NCBI GenBank assembly: GCA_951406725.2
Contig: OX597825.1
Coordinates: forward strand, 46,872,001-46,936,000
DNA from: Octopus vulgaris
Lineage: Eukaryota
Direction: 5' to 3'
DNA length: 64,000 nucleotides
Shown: one piece after another, positions 50,746 through 64,000 of the stretch
How positions within the stretch are numbered: position 1 is the first letter of the stretch
Layout: the number at the start of each line of letters is the position of its first letter
Notes under the pieces: model-generated
Told to the model about the DNA's origin: nothing
Databases searched by the model: none
Seen by the model: only the letters and a program-made list of their open reading frames with translations
Translations under genes and position numbers: made by a program

Positions 50746-52237
50746 CTATAAAACTGATAATGATTGGGGTCTGAAAATCGTTGCACTTCTCAATGATGCG
50801 GTGGGGTGTAAACACAGACACAAAGACATACACACACAACTGGCTAAATGCTTTTTCAATACAGACTTAGTGAACAATAGAATGAACCCGAATTTTTTCT
50901 TTGTATATATAGACATTAGTCTTGTATATATACTTATTTCTTCGATATCCGATAAAGAATACCACAGATACTTAAGGACGAATAAAAATATTTCCGATGA
51001 TAACACCTGTAACTAGGCAGGCGTAAACAGGGAATATAACAAAAAAAAAAATGACCATCAGAACTCTGCATAAGATAGATCAGTGGCCTATAACGTGTTT
51101 GTTTATAAGTATTCTAAACAAGATTTCCTTACTTCATTGAACTCTAGATTAAAGTCAGGTTATTGAAGTTAAAATCCGAGAATAATTAACTGACACAAAA
51201 TTTGAGATGACGGCCTTTACATGAAACAAAAACAATCAGGCAATTTCTAAATAATTCATAACTTTTGGCCACATCTACTGACACGAAGCGTCGAAATTCA
51301 TAGGTCAAGTTTTCATACATGAGGCAGATATTATCACTCGAGTTAGAAAGGAGATCCTCGGAAAGTATTCCGTGATTAATGACCATGGAAACATATGCAG
51401 GGAAGTTAGTTACACATTTCGACTGTAACAGCATTTGAATAAATAATGAACACGAAGTACATGAAATAAAACCTGAAACAAATCTTCCTCCAAAAATAAT
51501 AAAATAAAAATTTTGACCACTTCACTAAGAAGGCTGTACATACATCCTTGAGACGAAAAAATCCAATCACAGAGAGAATAAACCACATCAAAGGCCTAGC
51601 AACGTTATAACTTCTCACATTGAAACATACCCCTCACCAAATACCTGAAACAGAAAATACAGAACTCATCAGCTGACAATACAGGATATGGTAAATCAAA
51701 ACTAAAGACATTAGCCAAATAATTGGCAACTATGAAAGTAAATTCTCCAGAAACTACGTTCCTATAAGGTATGATATGGTAGGCAGAACAATCTGGATAA
51801 GAGTTTGAAAGAAACAAAAATAATAGCAAATAAGTTGTGAGAGATGGATCCAAAAAATATCGGTACCCTAAAAATGAAAATAGCTAACAAATTAAAACAC
51901 AACAGATCTGACATTATTGTTAAGATACAAAATAAAACTTTGCTCTGTTGTGGAAGACAGTTGCCCAGATGACTTAAATTTTGTTATAAAAATACCGGAG
52001 AAAGAAAATATTTGTGACCAATTGGCGACCAATCCGCGATTCAACATACACTTTCAGCTTCATGACCATTGTTTTTAGAGCAGCATCCCGCTTGTATCAA
52101 AGTATAACTGAACTTGGATTATTAGTGAAAGAATGTAAAACCATGATTCAGAAGACCATCTTAAAATTTAATGGGTGAGTAGGCAAACAATCTTGGCACT
52201 AAGCCGGTGGTTGGTCAGAAAGAGAAGAGAGAGAGCG

Positions 52238-52279
<42 letters not shown>

Positions 52280-53347
52280 GGAGAGAGGGGGAGAGATAGA
52301 GAGAGAGAATGAGAAATTGATGTTATCTGTAGCTCTGGGGATTAGAATGGATGTATGGAAGCATTTGTAGTTGAAATTGAAATGTGTTTGTGGTATGTCA
52401 TTTGTAACGAAAATTGTACGTGATGAGTAAGTGGAAGGGTGAAAAGGAAATGTGGCCTTGTGAAGAGGAATTTATTAATGTAAAGTTTCAGCGCTAATCA
52501 TACATGCGTAAACTATTCGTACAAGAATTAGTATGCATACAATACTCGCATTTAATTTCAATTCTTATAGAGAGAAACGGATATACACTAGTCAATGGAA
52601 GCACGACATTTATACACACTGATACACCCATAACTATATGCATACAGAGATGTACACACCTATAAATATACATATTCACGCACGCATACACACACATACA
52701 CACACACATATACATACGCAAACACGCATTCACACACATATACAGGGCTAAATTTGAACACAATATCCCAATATCCAATCTTAAAATAAAATAATCTAAA
52801 AGACTATAAAATATCAACTGTTATCTAGGAGATAACAGTTTACTCGAGTAGCTGCCTTCAGCTTCTGTCACGGTCTTAAGACAGTTCTGGAGCCTGACAT
52901 GTTTTTCACTGGGAAAATCTTCGAACGCAGTCAGAACGTCTGATGTGTCCCTTCCTGCTGGGCACGGCTTCATAGTCTCCATTGCAGCTGTCCATGTTAT
53001 GCCTTACAGTCTTTACAACGTTCAAAGAGCATTGATCAGTAATCATGATGTCATCATATTAATAGTCGGGGCAAATCATCATAGTATGATAACTCTAATA
53101 TTCAGATGGTTTTTAGTCCTTCGTGTCAGCTAACTTTTTTCAACTACAACTGTAGTCTTAACGCTCTCCAATGCCGTTAACTGTTCAGCAACACATCAAG
53201 CTGTTTCTGATAAAAGAAGACATAAAATGTTGTCAAATTTAGTTCTTTCTTTGTGTGAGTGTGTATGTGTGCGTGTACGTGTGTGTGCGCGCGCGCGTAT
53301 GTATATATATATATGTATGTATGTATGCATGTTTGTATGTATGCATG

Positions 53348-53381
<34 letters not shown>

Positions 53382-53391
53382 TGTATGTATG

Positions 53392-53451
<60 letters not shown>

Positions 53452-54195
53452 CATACATTCATACATACACAAAGATAGAAGGAAAAGGAATAGAGGAGGG
53501 AGAAGAGAAAATAAGTAGTCTGAGGGAAAGAGAGTTTAGGTTTCCAAGTGATGTTAATAGTAAACATTTTAAGCTATTGTAAATGGCAAAATGTGACTTT
53601 TCACGATCAGCTGGTTAGCTCCTATGTGTGTTCAACTGATGAATGATTCATAATGACTACTCATGTTTCTATAAAGAAGAGTTAGCATATATATAATGGT
53701 CACAACATGTTGTCATTGAAACATTTTCCACATATTCTCTTTGCGTTGTTAATACAAAGCCAATTCCTCGGAGAGAAGTAGAAACGTAATACAAGATTAA
53801 ATGTACATTTTCACTCAATAAATCAACACCACCAATTCTATTAACGAAATGATAATTTTCCCATCAGAGGTTTTGTAAAATTTCTGTAAATAATTAATCA
53901 TTAATCTCCATTAATAAATCAATCAGCAGAGGTTGCTTTTATTCGTGGGGGCACAATGATCCCTTTTTCAATATCGTTGAAATTTGAAAACTGAAACAGA
54001 TTTTAATTATCTCGATAATATTGTTTTCATTCACTTCACAGGTCGTTGATCTACATCATTCACGCCATATTTGTTTCTAATAAGAGGCAACCTCGTTTGG
54101 ACATCTCCAATATATATATGTTCATCGTTTGGTTTTCTTACCTTTAGACCGTCAGTAATTGTTGAACCATTTCTCATTTCAAATGCTGTTTGAAT

Positions 54196-54626
54196 TCTCT
54201 TTCTCTTTCTCTTTTACTTGTTTCAGTCATTTGACTGCGGCCATGCTGGAGCACCGCCTTTTTAATCGAGCAACTCGACCCTAGGACTTATTCTTTTGTA
54301 AGCCCAGTACTTATTCTATGGGTCTCTTTTGCCGAACCGCTAAGTAACGGGGACATAAACACACCAGCATCGGTTGTCAAGCAATGCTAGGGGGACAAAC
54401 ACAGACACACAAACACACACACGCATATATATATATATGTATATATATATATACATATATACGACGGGCTTCTTTCAGTTTCCGTCTGCCAAATCCACTC
54501 ACAAGGCTTTGGTCGGCCCGAGGCTATAGTAGAAGACACTTGCCCAAGGTGCCACGCAGTGGGACTGAACCCGGAACCATGTGGTTGGTAAACAAGCTAC
54601 TTACCACACAGCCACTCCTGCGCCTG
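54196..54626 (-). mobile_element. SINE family A, full length
   Basis: Reverse complement of 59033-59440. Confidence 0.9.
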
Positions 54627-54641
54627 TGTCAAATTGTGCAC

Positions 54642-54699
<58 letters not shown>

Positions 54700-54711
54700 A
54701 AGTATATTAGC

Positions 54712-54950
54712 CACTTAAATGTAGCCAAGCCTTAAGAGTTGATGCTACTGTAGCTTGTAGCCCCAGGAAGACATCTCCTCCAACTGGCTATTGACACACT
54801 ATCTGTGCCCTATCAGTATTTGCAAAGAGAAGTAATCCTTCCCATCAACAGCCTGACGTGATACACACGGACCCGGGTTTCTGGATATTGACCCATCATC
54901 AGCGTGTGACAACCCGTGGTTAGCGATGTGAAGTGGTTCCAATGCAAATA
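54712..54950 (-). mobile_element. pLTR-like island with hammerhead; partial related copies at 56883-57001 (+) and 60910-60995 (-)
   Basis: Shared gatgctactgtagcttgtagccccaggaagac...ctggctattgacacactatctgtg; adjacent to (TA)n. Confidence 0.65.
54864..54908 (-). ncRNA. Minimal type I hammerhead ribozyme with canonical core
   Basis: cacacg-CTGATGA-tgggt-caat-atcca-GAAA-cccggg-TC-cgtgtg: 6-bp stem I, 5-bp stem II, palindromic stem III, GUC site. Confidence 0.9.
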
Positions 54951-54959
54951 TATATGGTT

Positions 54960-56540
54960 AGTTTGCATCCTTTTTGTCTCGGGAGACAATGGAGTTGCGC
55001 ATAAAATAATCTAGTCCGGCTTTTATATTTCATGTCCTTATACATTTCCTGCTGTGGCTGTGTAGTCCTATCCTGGACAAACACACCCTCTGGCAGGTAC
55101 CGCAAATGTAGCGAAGACTGTTCCTGGCTGGTTGTAATGCCATAGTTTCTTGTTGACGTCTTTTCTTGTCTTTCCATTTCTCCTCTCTCTCTCTGGCACT
55201 CCTTTGTATTCCCTCTTTTACGGTACGTCGCCATTCTCCACGGTTGCTGGCAACAGCTTCCCAATTGCTAATATTGATGTTGCAGGCCTTCATGTCCCTT
55301 TTGCAAACATCCTTATAACGTAAGAACGGTCTTCCCACAGACCTAGTACCCCTAGCAAGCTCTCTGTAGAGTATGTCCTTGGGGATTCTGCCATCTTTCA
55401 TACGGCTAACATGCCCAAGCCATCTCATACGTCTTTGTGTGAGGAGTGCAAACATGCTTGGTATTCCTGCTTGCTTGAGGACATCTTTGTTGGGGACATG
55501 ATTCTGCCATTTGATGCGAAGGGTTTCCCGGAGGCAGCGAAGGGGAAAGATGCATAGGCGACGCTCTTGAAGTGTATGGCATCCAAGTCTCACTTCCATA
55601 CAGTAGAGTGCTAAGTACACATGCCTGGTAGATCTTCATTTTCGTGGTCTTGGTCAGCTTATTGTTGTCCTATTCTCATTTGGAGAGTTGGGCCATCGCA
55701 GCAGCTGCCTTGCCAGTACGTATATTGAGCTCAGCATCAAGGGATAGGTTGTAGGTGACGGTAGAGCCAAGATAGGTAAACTTCTCCACCTCCTGTAATC
55801 TGTGGTCTCCAATATGTATGTTTGGGATGTCCGATGTAGCCTGATCCATGATGTTGGTCTTCTTGGGGCTGATAACTAAGACAAATTCGTTACATGTTTG
55901 CTCAAAACAGTTGATGAGACTTTGGAGGGCTTCTTCTGTGTGTGATACCAGAGCGGCATCATCAGCAAATAGCATCTCCTTGAACAGAACGCTTCTGATT
56001 TTGGTCTTGGCACGCAGGCGCGAGAGATTGAACAGTTTCCCGTCACTTCTACTGTGCAGAAACACTCCATCATCTGATGTCTGAAAGGCATGTGAGAGCA
56101 AGAGCGAGAAGAAGATGCCAAATAATGTAGGAGCAAGGACACAACCTTGCTTTACCCCGTTTTTTATTTGGAAGGCGGCTGATGTTGAACCATTGTGCTG
56201 TATGGTGCCTTGCATATCATCATGGAAAGACTTGACGATCCTCAGCAGCTTTGGTGGACATCCGATTTTTTGCAGCAGAATGAAGAGGCCTTTTCTACTT
56301 ACCAAGTCAAAGGCCTTTGTCAGATCAATGAAGGTCATATATCATGGCATTTTCTGCTCTCTGGACTTCTCCTGAAGTTGGCGTATGGAGAATATCATGT
56401 CAATAGTTGATCTGCTTCTTCTAAAGCCACACTGTGATTCCAGATAAATTCGAGAAGCAAGTAGTTGTAGCCTGGCCAGGATAACGCGAGCAAAGGTCTT
56501 TCTAACAGTGCTTAGAAGAGATATTCCACTGTAATTGTTA
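54960..56540 (-). mobile_element. RTE/BovB-like LINE, 5'-truncated and frameshifted
   Basis: FIDLTKAFD, GVKQGCVLAPTLF, LFADD, FTYLGS, RWLGHVSRM, GRPFLRYKD, C-terminal CGTC..SRIGLHSH. Confidence 0.92.
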
Positions 56541-56541
56541 C

Positions 56542-56815
<274 letters not shown>

Positions 56816-57094
56816 TCATTGCTTTATTCCACTTTTCGAGAACAGTGACCATTCGTCACTGGAAAAAAGGATATATATTGGAGATGGGAAGGATGGCTTC
56901 CCTTTGCAAATACTGATAGGCCACAGGTAATGTGTCAATAGCCAGCTGGAGGAAATGTCTTCCTGGGGCTACAAGCTACAGTAGCATCAGCCCTTAAGGG
57001 CTAGCGACATTTAAGCGGCAAATATACTTCACGATGTCGTGCAGCTACTGTTTTTACCTCGCTCAGAGATTTATTATTATATATATATATATAT

Positions 57095-57500
57095 AGAATA
57101 AAAGATGGATAACGTGTCAGTTTACTACTGCTGTTTCGAACGAATTCGTAATTGGTTAATGGAAATATTACATCATAAGAAAAATCGTTTACATGAACCA
57201 CAGCATTCAAAAACATTAAAAAAACAACGGCATCTGCGCCTTTTTGATTCTATGATCCTTGCTGGTCATAAAATGAAGTTGCTAGTTCAATTTTGTAGTA
57301 TTATAGGAGAAAAGAACGATGTCACGCGTGAGAAGGGGGTAACGAAGATTTATAGCAATGAAAGAGTTTAGAGAATGGGTTAGGGGCAATAAGATGGCGA
57401 AACAGCACACCTCCACAACTAAGATAGAGTTAGTTACTTTTATCTTTTAATTCTATTCAATGAGCGGTTTTAGGGTTAAGTACAAAAGGCTGGAAAGACC
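57095..57500 (-). mobile_element. Second diverged copy of the 10660-11050 repeat, with a decayed hammerhead (57120-57185)
   Basis: Shared blocks ttataggagaaaa, gatttatagcaatgaa, gttaagtacaaa, cattcaaaaacatt. Confidence 0.55.
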
Positions 57501-59032
57501 ATAAAAGAGGGATAATAAGTCTAAGATAGGAAAGCATATGGAACAAGAGGAGTGGGCATCATATCAATAATTAGATTAATCTGGATAATAATAAAAAATG
57601 GAATTGTAAGTTAGTAACTATGCAAATAGTATCGTAGGAATTTAAAAAAAATAATTAAAAAGTAGTTAGAAATAGTATAATGTAACAAAATAGAAATAAA
57701 ATAAAATAAGCTAATGTAATAGGATGAAGTACAATAGCGAGTGAAAGGTAAGTTGGAATAATAATAATAATAATGATGATGATAATAATAATAATAACGA
57801 TGATGATGATGATGATGATGATGATGACGATGATGATGATGATAATAATGATGATAACTACAAGAACAACAACAACAACAACAATAATAATAATAATGAT
57901 AGAATGATAGAATATATAATAACCAAAATTCAATAAATAAGTATAACGTTATGAGATGAATAAAAATATACGAAAAATAAGAAAATATAAGAAAGCAATA
58001 TGGTATAAATTTCCAAGCTATGATTTGAGGCGTACAGAGTAGATAAAACCCACCGTAGTATCAGATTCATTCATATTGAGAATTTAAAGATTATATATAT
58101 ATATATAATAAAGTATCTATACATATTGCAAACAGCATGTGGGATATTAGTATATAATACATAAAATATTTCTTATTATAGATTATAGATAATCAGATAT
58201 AAATAAAAAATATAAATATAAATGCACGTGTTAATCCTAGTAAAATATAAATTAGAAGTAGCATTATTAGTTTATAAGTATAATAAAGAATATATTCCAG
58301 AGTATGTAACATTAAAGTGTACACCGATAAATGCAGAATCGGTACTATAATACAGGAATAGGATTAAAATGTAACATATATAAAAAAATATCTATAAAAT
58401 TTCGGAGTAAGTAAGGCAATTTTTAAGATCGATGAGATAAAAATCGGGCCAATATCAATTACGTAGTTGCGGAACAAACAAGTTTAAGATAAGAATTAAA
58501 GGGTATGATAAGATTCCAAAATATAATTAGTTGTGATAAAATATAATAAAGGTATGGTATGAGGCCAAGAAGGGTAGACAATCTGTTACATAATAGACAC
58601 GTCCTAGTACCAATTAACATAGGTATAAAATAGTTATAAAATTATATTAAAGTAATCAAAATATAAGTAACTGAACAAAAGTTCCATTGAGATCTGGCTA
58701 GGAAATCTATTACTATATGACCGCGTAGATAATTCAACTACACAGACCGAAATAAAATATAAAGAGAGAGTATAGCGGCTAAAAAGGTTAGATAAAACAA
58801 CGGATAGAGGATTGTGTAATACTTTTAAAATATTTAAAAGCACGGAGGATTTTGTGAATGCATGAAGCTCTAAGATCTAATTTGTTATTAGTTAAACTAT
58901 CATTGTTCCTATTTCTTAATATTTTGTATAGTTCCATACAACACAGTTCGCACCTGTATCTGCCATTGGAGAATTGTTGAGCTCTACGAGGTACGTTCTA
59001 CATTATTTGGAACTTAATATTATTATCTTCAT

Positions 59033-59680
59033 AGGCGCAGGAGAGTGGCTGTGTGGTAAGTAGTTTGCTTACCAACCACATGGTTCCGGGTTCATTTCCA
59101 CTGCGTGGCACCTTGGGCAAGTATCTTCTACTATAGCCTCGGGCCGACCAAAGCCTTGTGAGTGGATTTGGTAGACGGAAACTGAAAGAAGCTCGTCGTA
59201 TATATGCATATATATATGTGTGTATATGTTTGTGTGTCTGTGTTTGTCCCCAACATCGCTTGAAAACCGATGCTGGTGTGTTTACATCCCCGTAACTTAG
59301 CGGTTCAGCAAAAGAAACCGATAGAATAAGTACTAGGGCTTACAAAGAATAAGTCCTGGGGTCGATTTGCTCGACTAAAGGCGGTGCTCCAGCATGGTCG
59401 CAGTCAAATGACTGAAACAAGTAAAAGAGTAAAAGAGTTAAAAGAGTGCGGCGAGCTGGCAGAATCGTTAGCACGCCGGGCGAAATGCTTAGAAGTATTT
59501 CGTCTGCCGTTACGTTCTGAGTTCAAATTCCGCCGAGGTCTACTTTGCCTCTCATCCTTTCGGGGTCGATTAAATAAATACCAGTTATGCACTGGGGTCA
59601 GTGTAATCGACTTTATCCCTTTGTCTGTCATTGTTTGTCCCCTTTATGTTTAGCCTCTTGTGGGCAATAAATAAATAAAT
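59033..59680 (+). mobile_element. SINE A (59033-59447) directly followed by a monomeric SINE B (59448-59680)
   Basis: Both have A/B-box heads and match other copies in the window. Confidence 0.9.
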
Positions 59681-60116
59681 ATTATTATCTTAAAGTTCCT
59701 ATACCTTCGTGGATAATGATGTGTATTAGCCTTACGTCTGAGTTTAAAAGAAGAGAGATGATGGCGCAGTCGCTTCTTCAGGTCAACAAAGCAGCCAATA
59801 TAAATAAAAGTATTAGTGTCTGTCATAACGGCACACTTATATACTATATTTTTGGGTAGGCATCAACCCTGAAGCAGACAATTTTTTTCTATCCCTACAA
59901 TAACATTTATTATTGGTTATCGTGTTATCATTATTACAAGCTTCAGCGTTCATATTATGCTCATCTGTGAAATTAGCGGATGTAATACACTTGTGTTTAC
60001 ATTGTTAGAGTTGTTATTGACATTTGTTATATTAGGCGCACCCACCTGCACATTATTGCTAACACCGTTAGAGATTACACAGCAAAAGTTTACCCGCTTA
60101 TATATATATATATATA

Positions 60117-60809
60117 GTAGCAGTAATACCCGTCGTTCATCGGATAATTACTTTTACTCTTTCTCAGGAGTCACATTCAAAGTATTATTACATATATAAT
60201 AGATTTCTCAACGGGGATTTCAGGGGAGAGTTTCAGGGAGTCGCTGGCGATGTATCGTGATGATCAAAAATCCGGCCTGCTAAAATTTGGTTAAAGTGAT
60301 TCAAACTGCAGACTCAACGCAAAATGGTCACATTTAATTCAAAGCGTTAAAAATGTTATGAAAACAATTGGTATGTGTTCACAAAGTCCAAACGATTAAT
60401 ACGAAAAAAAACTCCAGGCTACATCCCGAAAATTCATTTCTTTTGCCGAATTTCTACAATGTTTACGGCGATTCGTTCTTATATCTTAATTTTTTATTTT
60501 TCATGCAATTTACGCATGCTTGCACGCGTGGTACACACAGTTCACGTCAAACAGCTGACTGAGTAAAGTTCACTATTCAATGCATGGGATAAGGCCTAAA
60601 CAAACACATTATCGATTTTTGCACTTGCGAGATGTATTTCGGAACAGAAATAGCGCAGTTCAATTTTCATTCGCCTAAATTTTAAGTGACCCATTTTTGG
60701 TGGTTCTACGATTTGTTGGCTAGGAGGAGATGTGCCGGGAAGTTAAACACACAGACACACACACAGATACACACACAGACACACACACGTTTAGTTTTAT
60801 ATATATAGA
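60117..60809 (-). mobile_element. Non-autonomous Helitron
   Basis: Minus strand starts A|TCtatatatataaaac + (TG)n and ends ccgatgaacgacgggtattactgCTAC (degenerate CTAG). Confidence 0.62.
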
Positions 60810-61034
60810 TATATAAGGAATATATATATATATATGATAAATCTCAGAGCGAGTTATAAACAGTAGCGGTAACACATCGTGACGCATATTTGCCATTTGA
60901 ATATGGCTTACCCGTAAGGGTGGATGCTACTGTAGTTTGTAGCCCCAGGAAGATATATCCTCCAGCTGGCTATAGACACACTATCTGTGTCCTCTACAGG
61001 AGGCGCGGCACCCACCAAGCTGTAACCTTCATCA

Positions 61035-61490
61035 TGCCACGATATGCTAATAACGTTGGCTATTTGGTTTATAGTCAATCGCCTGTCATCCATCATCATG
61101 TGGTGAGTAAAATCAATGTTTTCCTCGGTTGTGGCAGTTGCAGGACGTTCAGAACTTGGGTAATCTTCAAAACTCTTCTTACCGCCCATAAATTCAGCTA
61201 CCCAATTTTGCACTGTTGATAAAGCTGGAGCGTCATCCCTTAATGTCAGTATGAATGTACTCGGAGGATAAACCGTTATTCTGCAAGTACTTGATAACAC
61301 CACGATGCCAAATTTGGTTCATTGATATGAGAAGTCGCTATCAGTTACTTTTGAAGTGTTCTTTGAGCAGTCAGATGTCAGTTTACCCGGAAAGAAATAA
61401 TGCAGTTATTAATAAGAAAATTTGAAATTATTGCATGCAAGATTTCACAGCTCTAGCATCATTCCTTCATAGTCAGCCTGTGAAAGTGCC
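61035..61490 (-). mobile_element. Mariner transposase N-terminal remnant
   Basis: DDAPALSTVQNWVAEF...ERPATATTEENID...DRRLTINQIA. Confidence 0.8.
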
Positions 61491-61494
61491 TGAA

Positions 61495-61930
61495 ACCAAT
61501 TTGGGGCATATACAGCTCAAGGAAGAAGTTTTCTCACAGCTGAAGTGAGGTTTCCAACTGAAGAAGCTAAAAAATATGCAAACACAACTCTAAAATGCGA
61601 CGAACTACGGCTGATTCCGACATACCTCAGTTGGAGTATTGTAAAAGTAAAGGAGGCAGAATTACCACCAAGGTAGACATCTCCTTGCGTGTGGCGACTG
61701 TACTATACGGCATAGGAGATAAAGTCCACACAGAAAGGAAAGAAAATTGGTCGGGTACAGAGATGGAACTATTCATTCAGACCGACTAAAAAACATAGGA
61801 GCTATCTCTGATTTGATCAACCTTCCATATTGTTTGTTGCGTTCCACAGCAGTTGAAGGCTGAAGGCTAAGATAGAACCACTTATGAGCTTTCTTCTATC
61901 TGCAAAAAAGGAAACAACTCCCTACTGCAA
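61495..61930 (+). mobile_element. Degenerate gag/ORF1-like fragment related to those at 44.6 kb and 48.2 kb
   Basis: Manual translation EVRFPTEEAKKYANTTLKCDELRLIPTYLSWSIVKVKEAELPP, then ...RKENWSGTEMELFIQ. Confidence 0.55.
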
Positions 61931-63476
61931 ACACATCTCTTCTGTATATACTGACTATAGAATTACTACTCCGGAAATTCGAGATGTTGAGGTGCATTTC
62001 GAGCGAATTAGAACGTGGAAAAACGGTGTCGCCATACACGAAAAACATCACCGGCATAATGTCAGATATCAGGCATATAGATATGATCGGCTCTGCCCTA
62101 AAGGAAAATAATGTGTTTACGGAGCGAAAATCAAACAATAAAATCTGTGAGCTTTCAGCATAGTACCTGGAGAGATAAAATCATGCAGTTCATAACATTT
62201 TAGGACAGCTGGATGGACAGGCCGATTAAACTGATTGGTGTTCGTGCCCGTTACCAAGCTTTTGAGACCCGGAGTTGGTTTGTTTCTGTCCTCGTAACTT
62301 AATAGTTTGGCAAAAGAGACCGAATGAATAAGTGCAAAGCTTAAAAAAAATAAGTACTGGAGTTGATTCGTTCGACTAACATTTTTGAAGGCGGTGTTCC
62401 AGCATGGACTTAGTCCATTAACTGAAGCAATTAAGAGGTAGAAGATGAATATGCAAACCAGTCTGATGAAAATGTTAAGAACAACGGTTTCAATACTGCT
62501 GCAGCTATATTAGTCCTAATCAGATGTAATTCTCCACAAGATATTTTACTCAGTGAAATCTGTTTACATACACACACACACATGCAGACACACATACATA
62601 CACACACACGTACACACGCACGCACACACACGTACATACATTTATATATAGACACAAACATGGAGCTCATCTTCCTTTTCCACACTCTCTTCCTCCTCTA
62701 TTCTTATTCTTCTCCTTCTGCTTCAGATTTAATCAAAAGCATATAAAAATAAAGATAGGTCAATACGTTACGCTTCTTTCGTCATTGTACCTGAATGAAA
62801 TATATCATAGCTAAATAAGGACTGTTATGCGATCTAGAAATTTAACGCTATTTTTACACTGGTAACGGATTTTGAATATTATTGCTAGGTATCAGTTCAC
62901 AGAAAATAATTCATATTGGGTTAGTGCTGAATTAAAAATTATACACGGAAGAATGATTGATTCGTTGGCTTATTTTGAAACATTTTAGATATATTTCATT
63001 GAAGCCGAAGCTCTCTGAAAATTAATTCTATAACACGACTTGAGCATTATCAACATTGAATAATTCTTAAGTACAAAGTTACAATTTTTTTTTTACATAT
63101 AACTTGATATAAAAAGAAACACACTCACATATACACGCACACAGACATATAAGTTTTTACTTGAAGATGTATATTAAACACAAACATACACACACATATA
63201 CTGGAAAATTCGCGTCTGATTCTCTAGTGTTTAAATTTTTCATTGTCTTCTGCTTTTTTGATTATTTCTATTACATCAACACACATTTATTAGCTTTTAT
63301 ACTGATACTGAAGACACGACGAAGAAAGAAAATACTTATTAGCGTATTTTTTTTCGCATCAACAAAACTTTCCTTCAAGTGCATGTGATTACGCCACCTT
63401 GTGTTCCATTAATATTTCTAGTTGTCCTCTCCTTCATATACACACAAACATCTGTGTGTGTGTGTGTATATATGTA

Positions 63477-63524
<48 letters not shown>

Positions 63525-63549
63525 TAGATAGATAGATAGATAGATATAC

Positions 63550-63710
63550 CTTCGAAACACGCTGGAGTTGAACTAGGGACAGCTGATGAAGGGAATTTTT
63601 CCTTGTGTAGTTTGTCTAGTACTCTGTTTTTTCTTTCTAAAAAAAAGGTTCGTTCCATGCTTGTTTTTACGTTTTCGTTCTCGTTGAGTTCTGCGTCCAT
63701 TTGTGGTGTC
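63550..63710 (-). other. Candidate host exon (161 bp)
   Basis: Unique open frame MDAELNENENVKTSMERTFFLERKNRVLDKLHKEKFPSSAVPSSTPACFEG bounded by tacag| and GAAG|gtatat; weak pyrimidine tract; no recognised homology. Confidence 0.25.
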
Positions 63711-63801
63711 CTGTACTCACGTATATATATTTATATAAACATGTAGATGTAGGTACGTACATATATGTATGTATGTATGTATGCATATATTTTATTTATT
63801 A

Positions 63802-63847
<46 letters not shown>

Positions 63848-64000
63848 TTTATTTTAAACAGCAGAAAATTCAACAAAATCTGTTACTCTGAGTTTCTCGT
63901 TGCCGTTCATCAGACAGTTTTTGCTAGAATGGAACTTATATATTAATTCAATATATACTCTTACAAACGCTACACCTTTAAAAAGAAATGGACTTGTTTG

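Noticed and set aside
51250-52160. Possible highly decayed RLE-LINE 3' region (DIIVKIQNK-like)
   Set aside because: Too degenerate to assign or delimit.
63578-63616. CTGATGA followed by an aggga/tcctt hairpin
   Set aside because: No GAAA or stem III/NUH follows; not a hammerhead.

Overview
AT-rich, microsatellite-dense eukaryotic DNA made almost entirely of transposable elements. No intact host gene is evident. The SINE set and the (TA)n/(CA)n/(TAA)n load suggest an invertebrate, probably an octopod cephalopod (inference). Main contents: (1) a Ty3/Gypsy integrase tail; (2) an 8.6-kb foldback Penelope-like element (RT + CxCx5C linker + GIY-YIG, Naiad-like) whose two ~3.85-kb inverted arms are mostly microsatellite and each end in a hammerhead ribozyme; (3) several further minimal type-I hammerhead motifs from unrelated sequence families, each in a short island next to (TA)n, including a perfect 196-bp palindrome made of two back-to-back hammerheads; (4) an ~18-kb nest of R4/Dong-like RLE LINEs and non-autonomous elements in (TAA)n tracts, with nested mariner, HERO and Helentron-type insertions; (5) RTE, L1/Tx1, CR1-like, Chapaev3-like, maT/Tc1 and Helitron remnants plus three tRNA-derived SINE families. 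Most ORFs in the supplied track are microsatellite artefacts. All family names come from motif recognition by eye, not from database searches.
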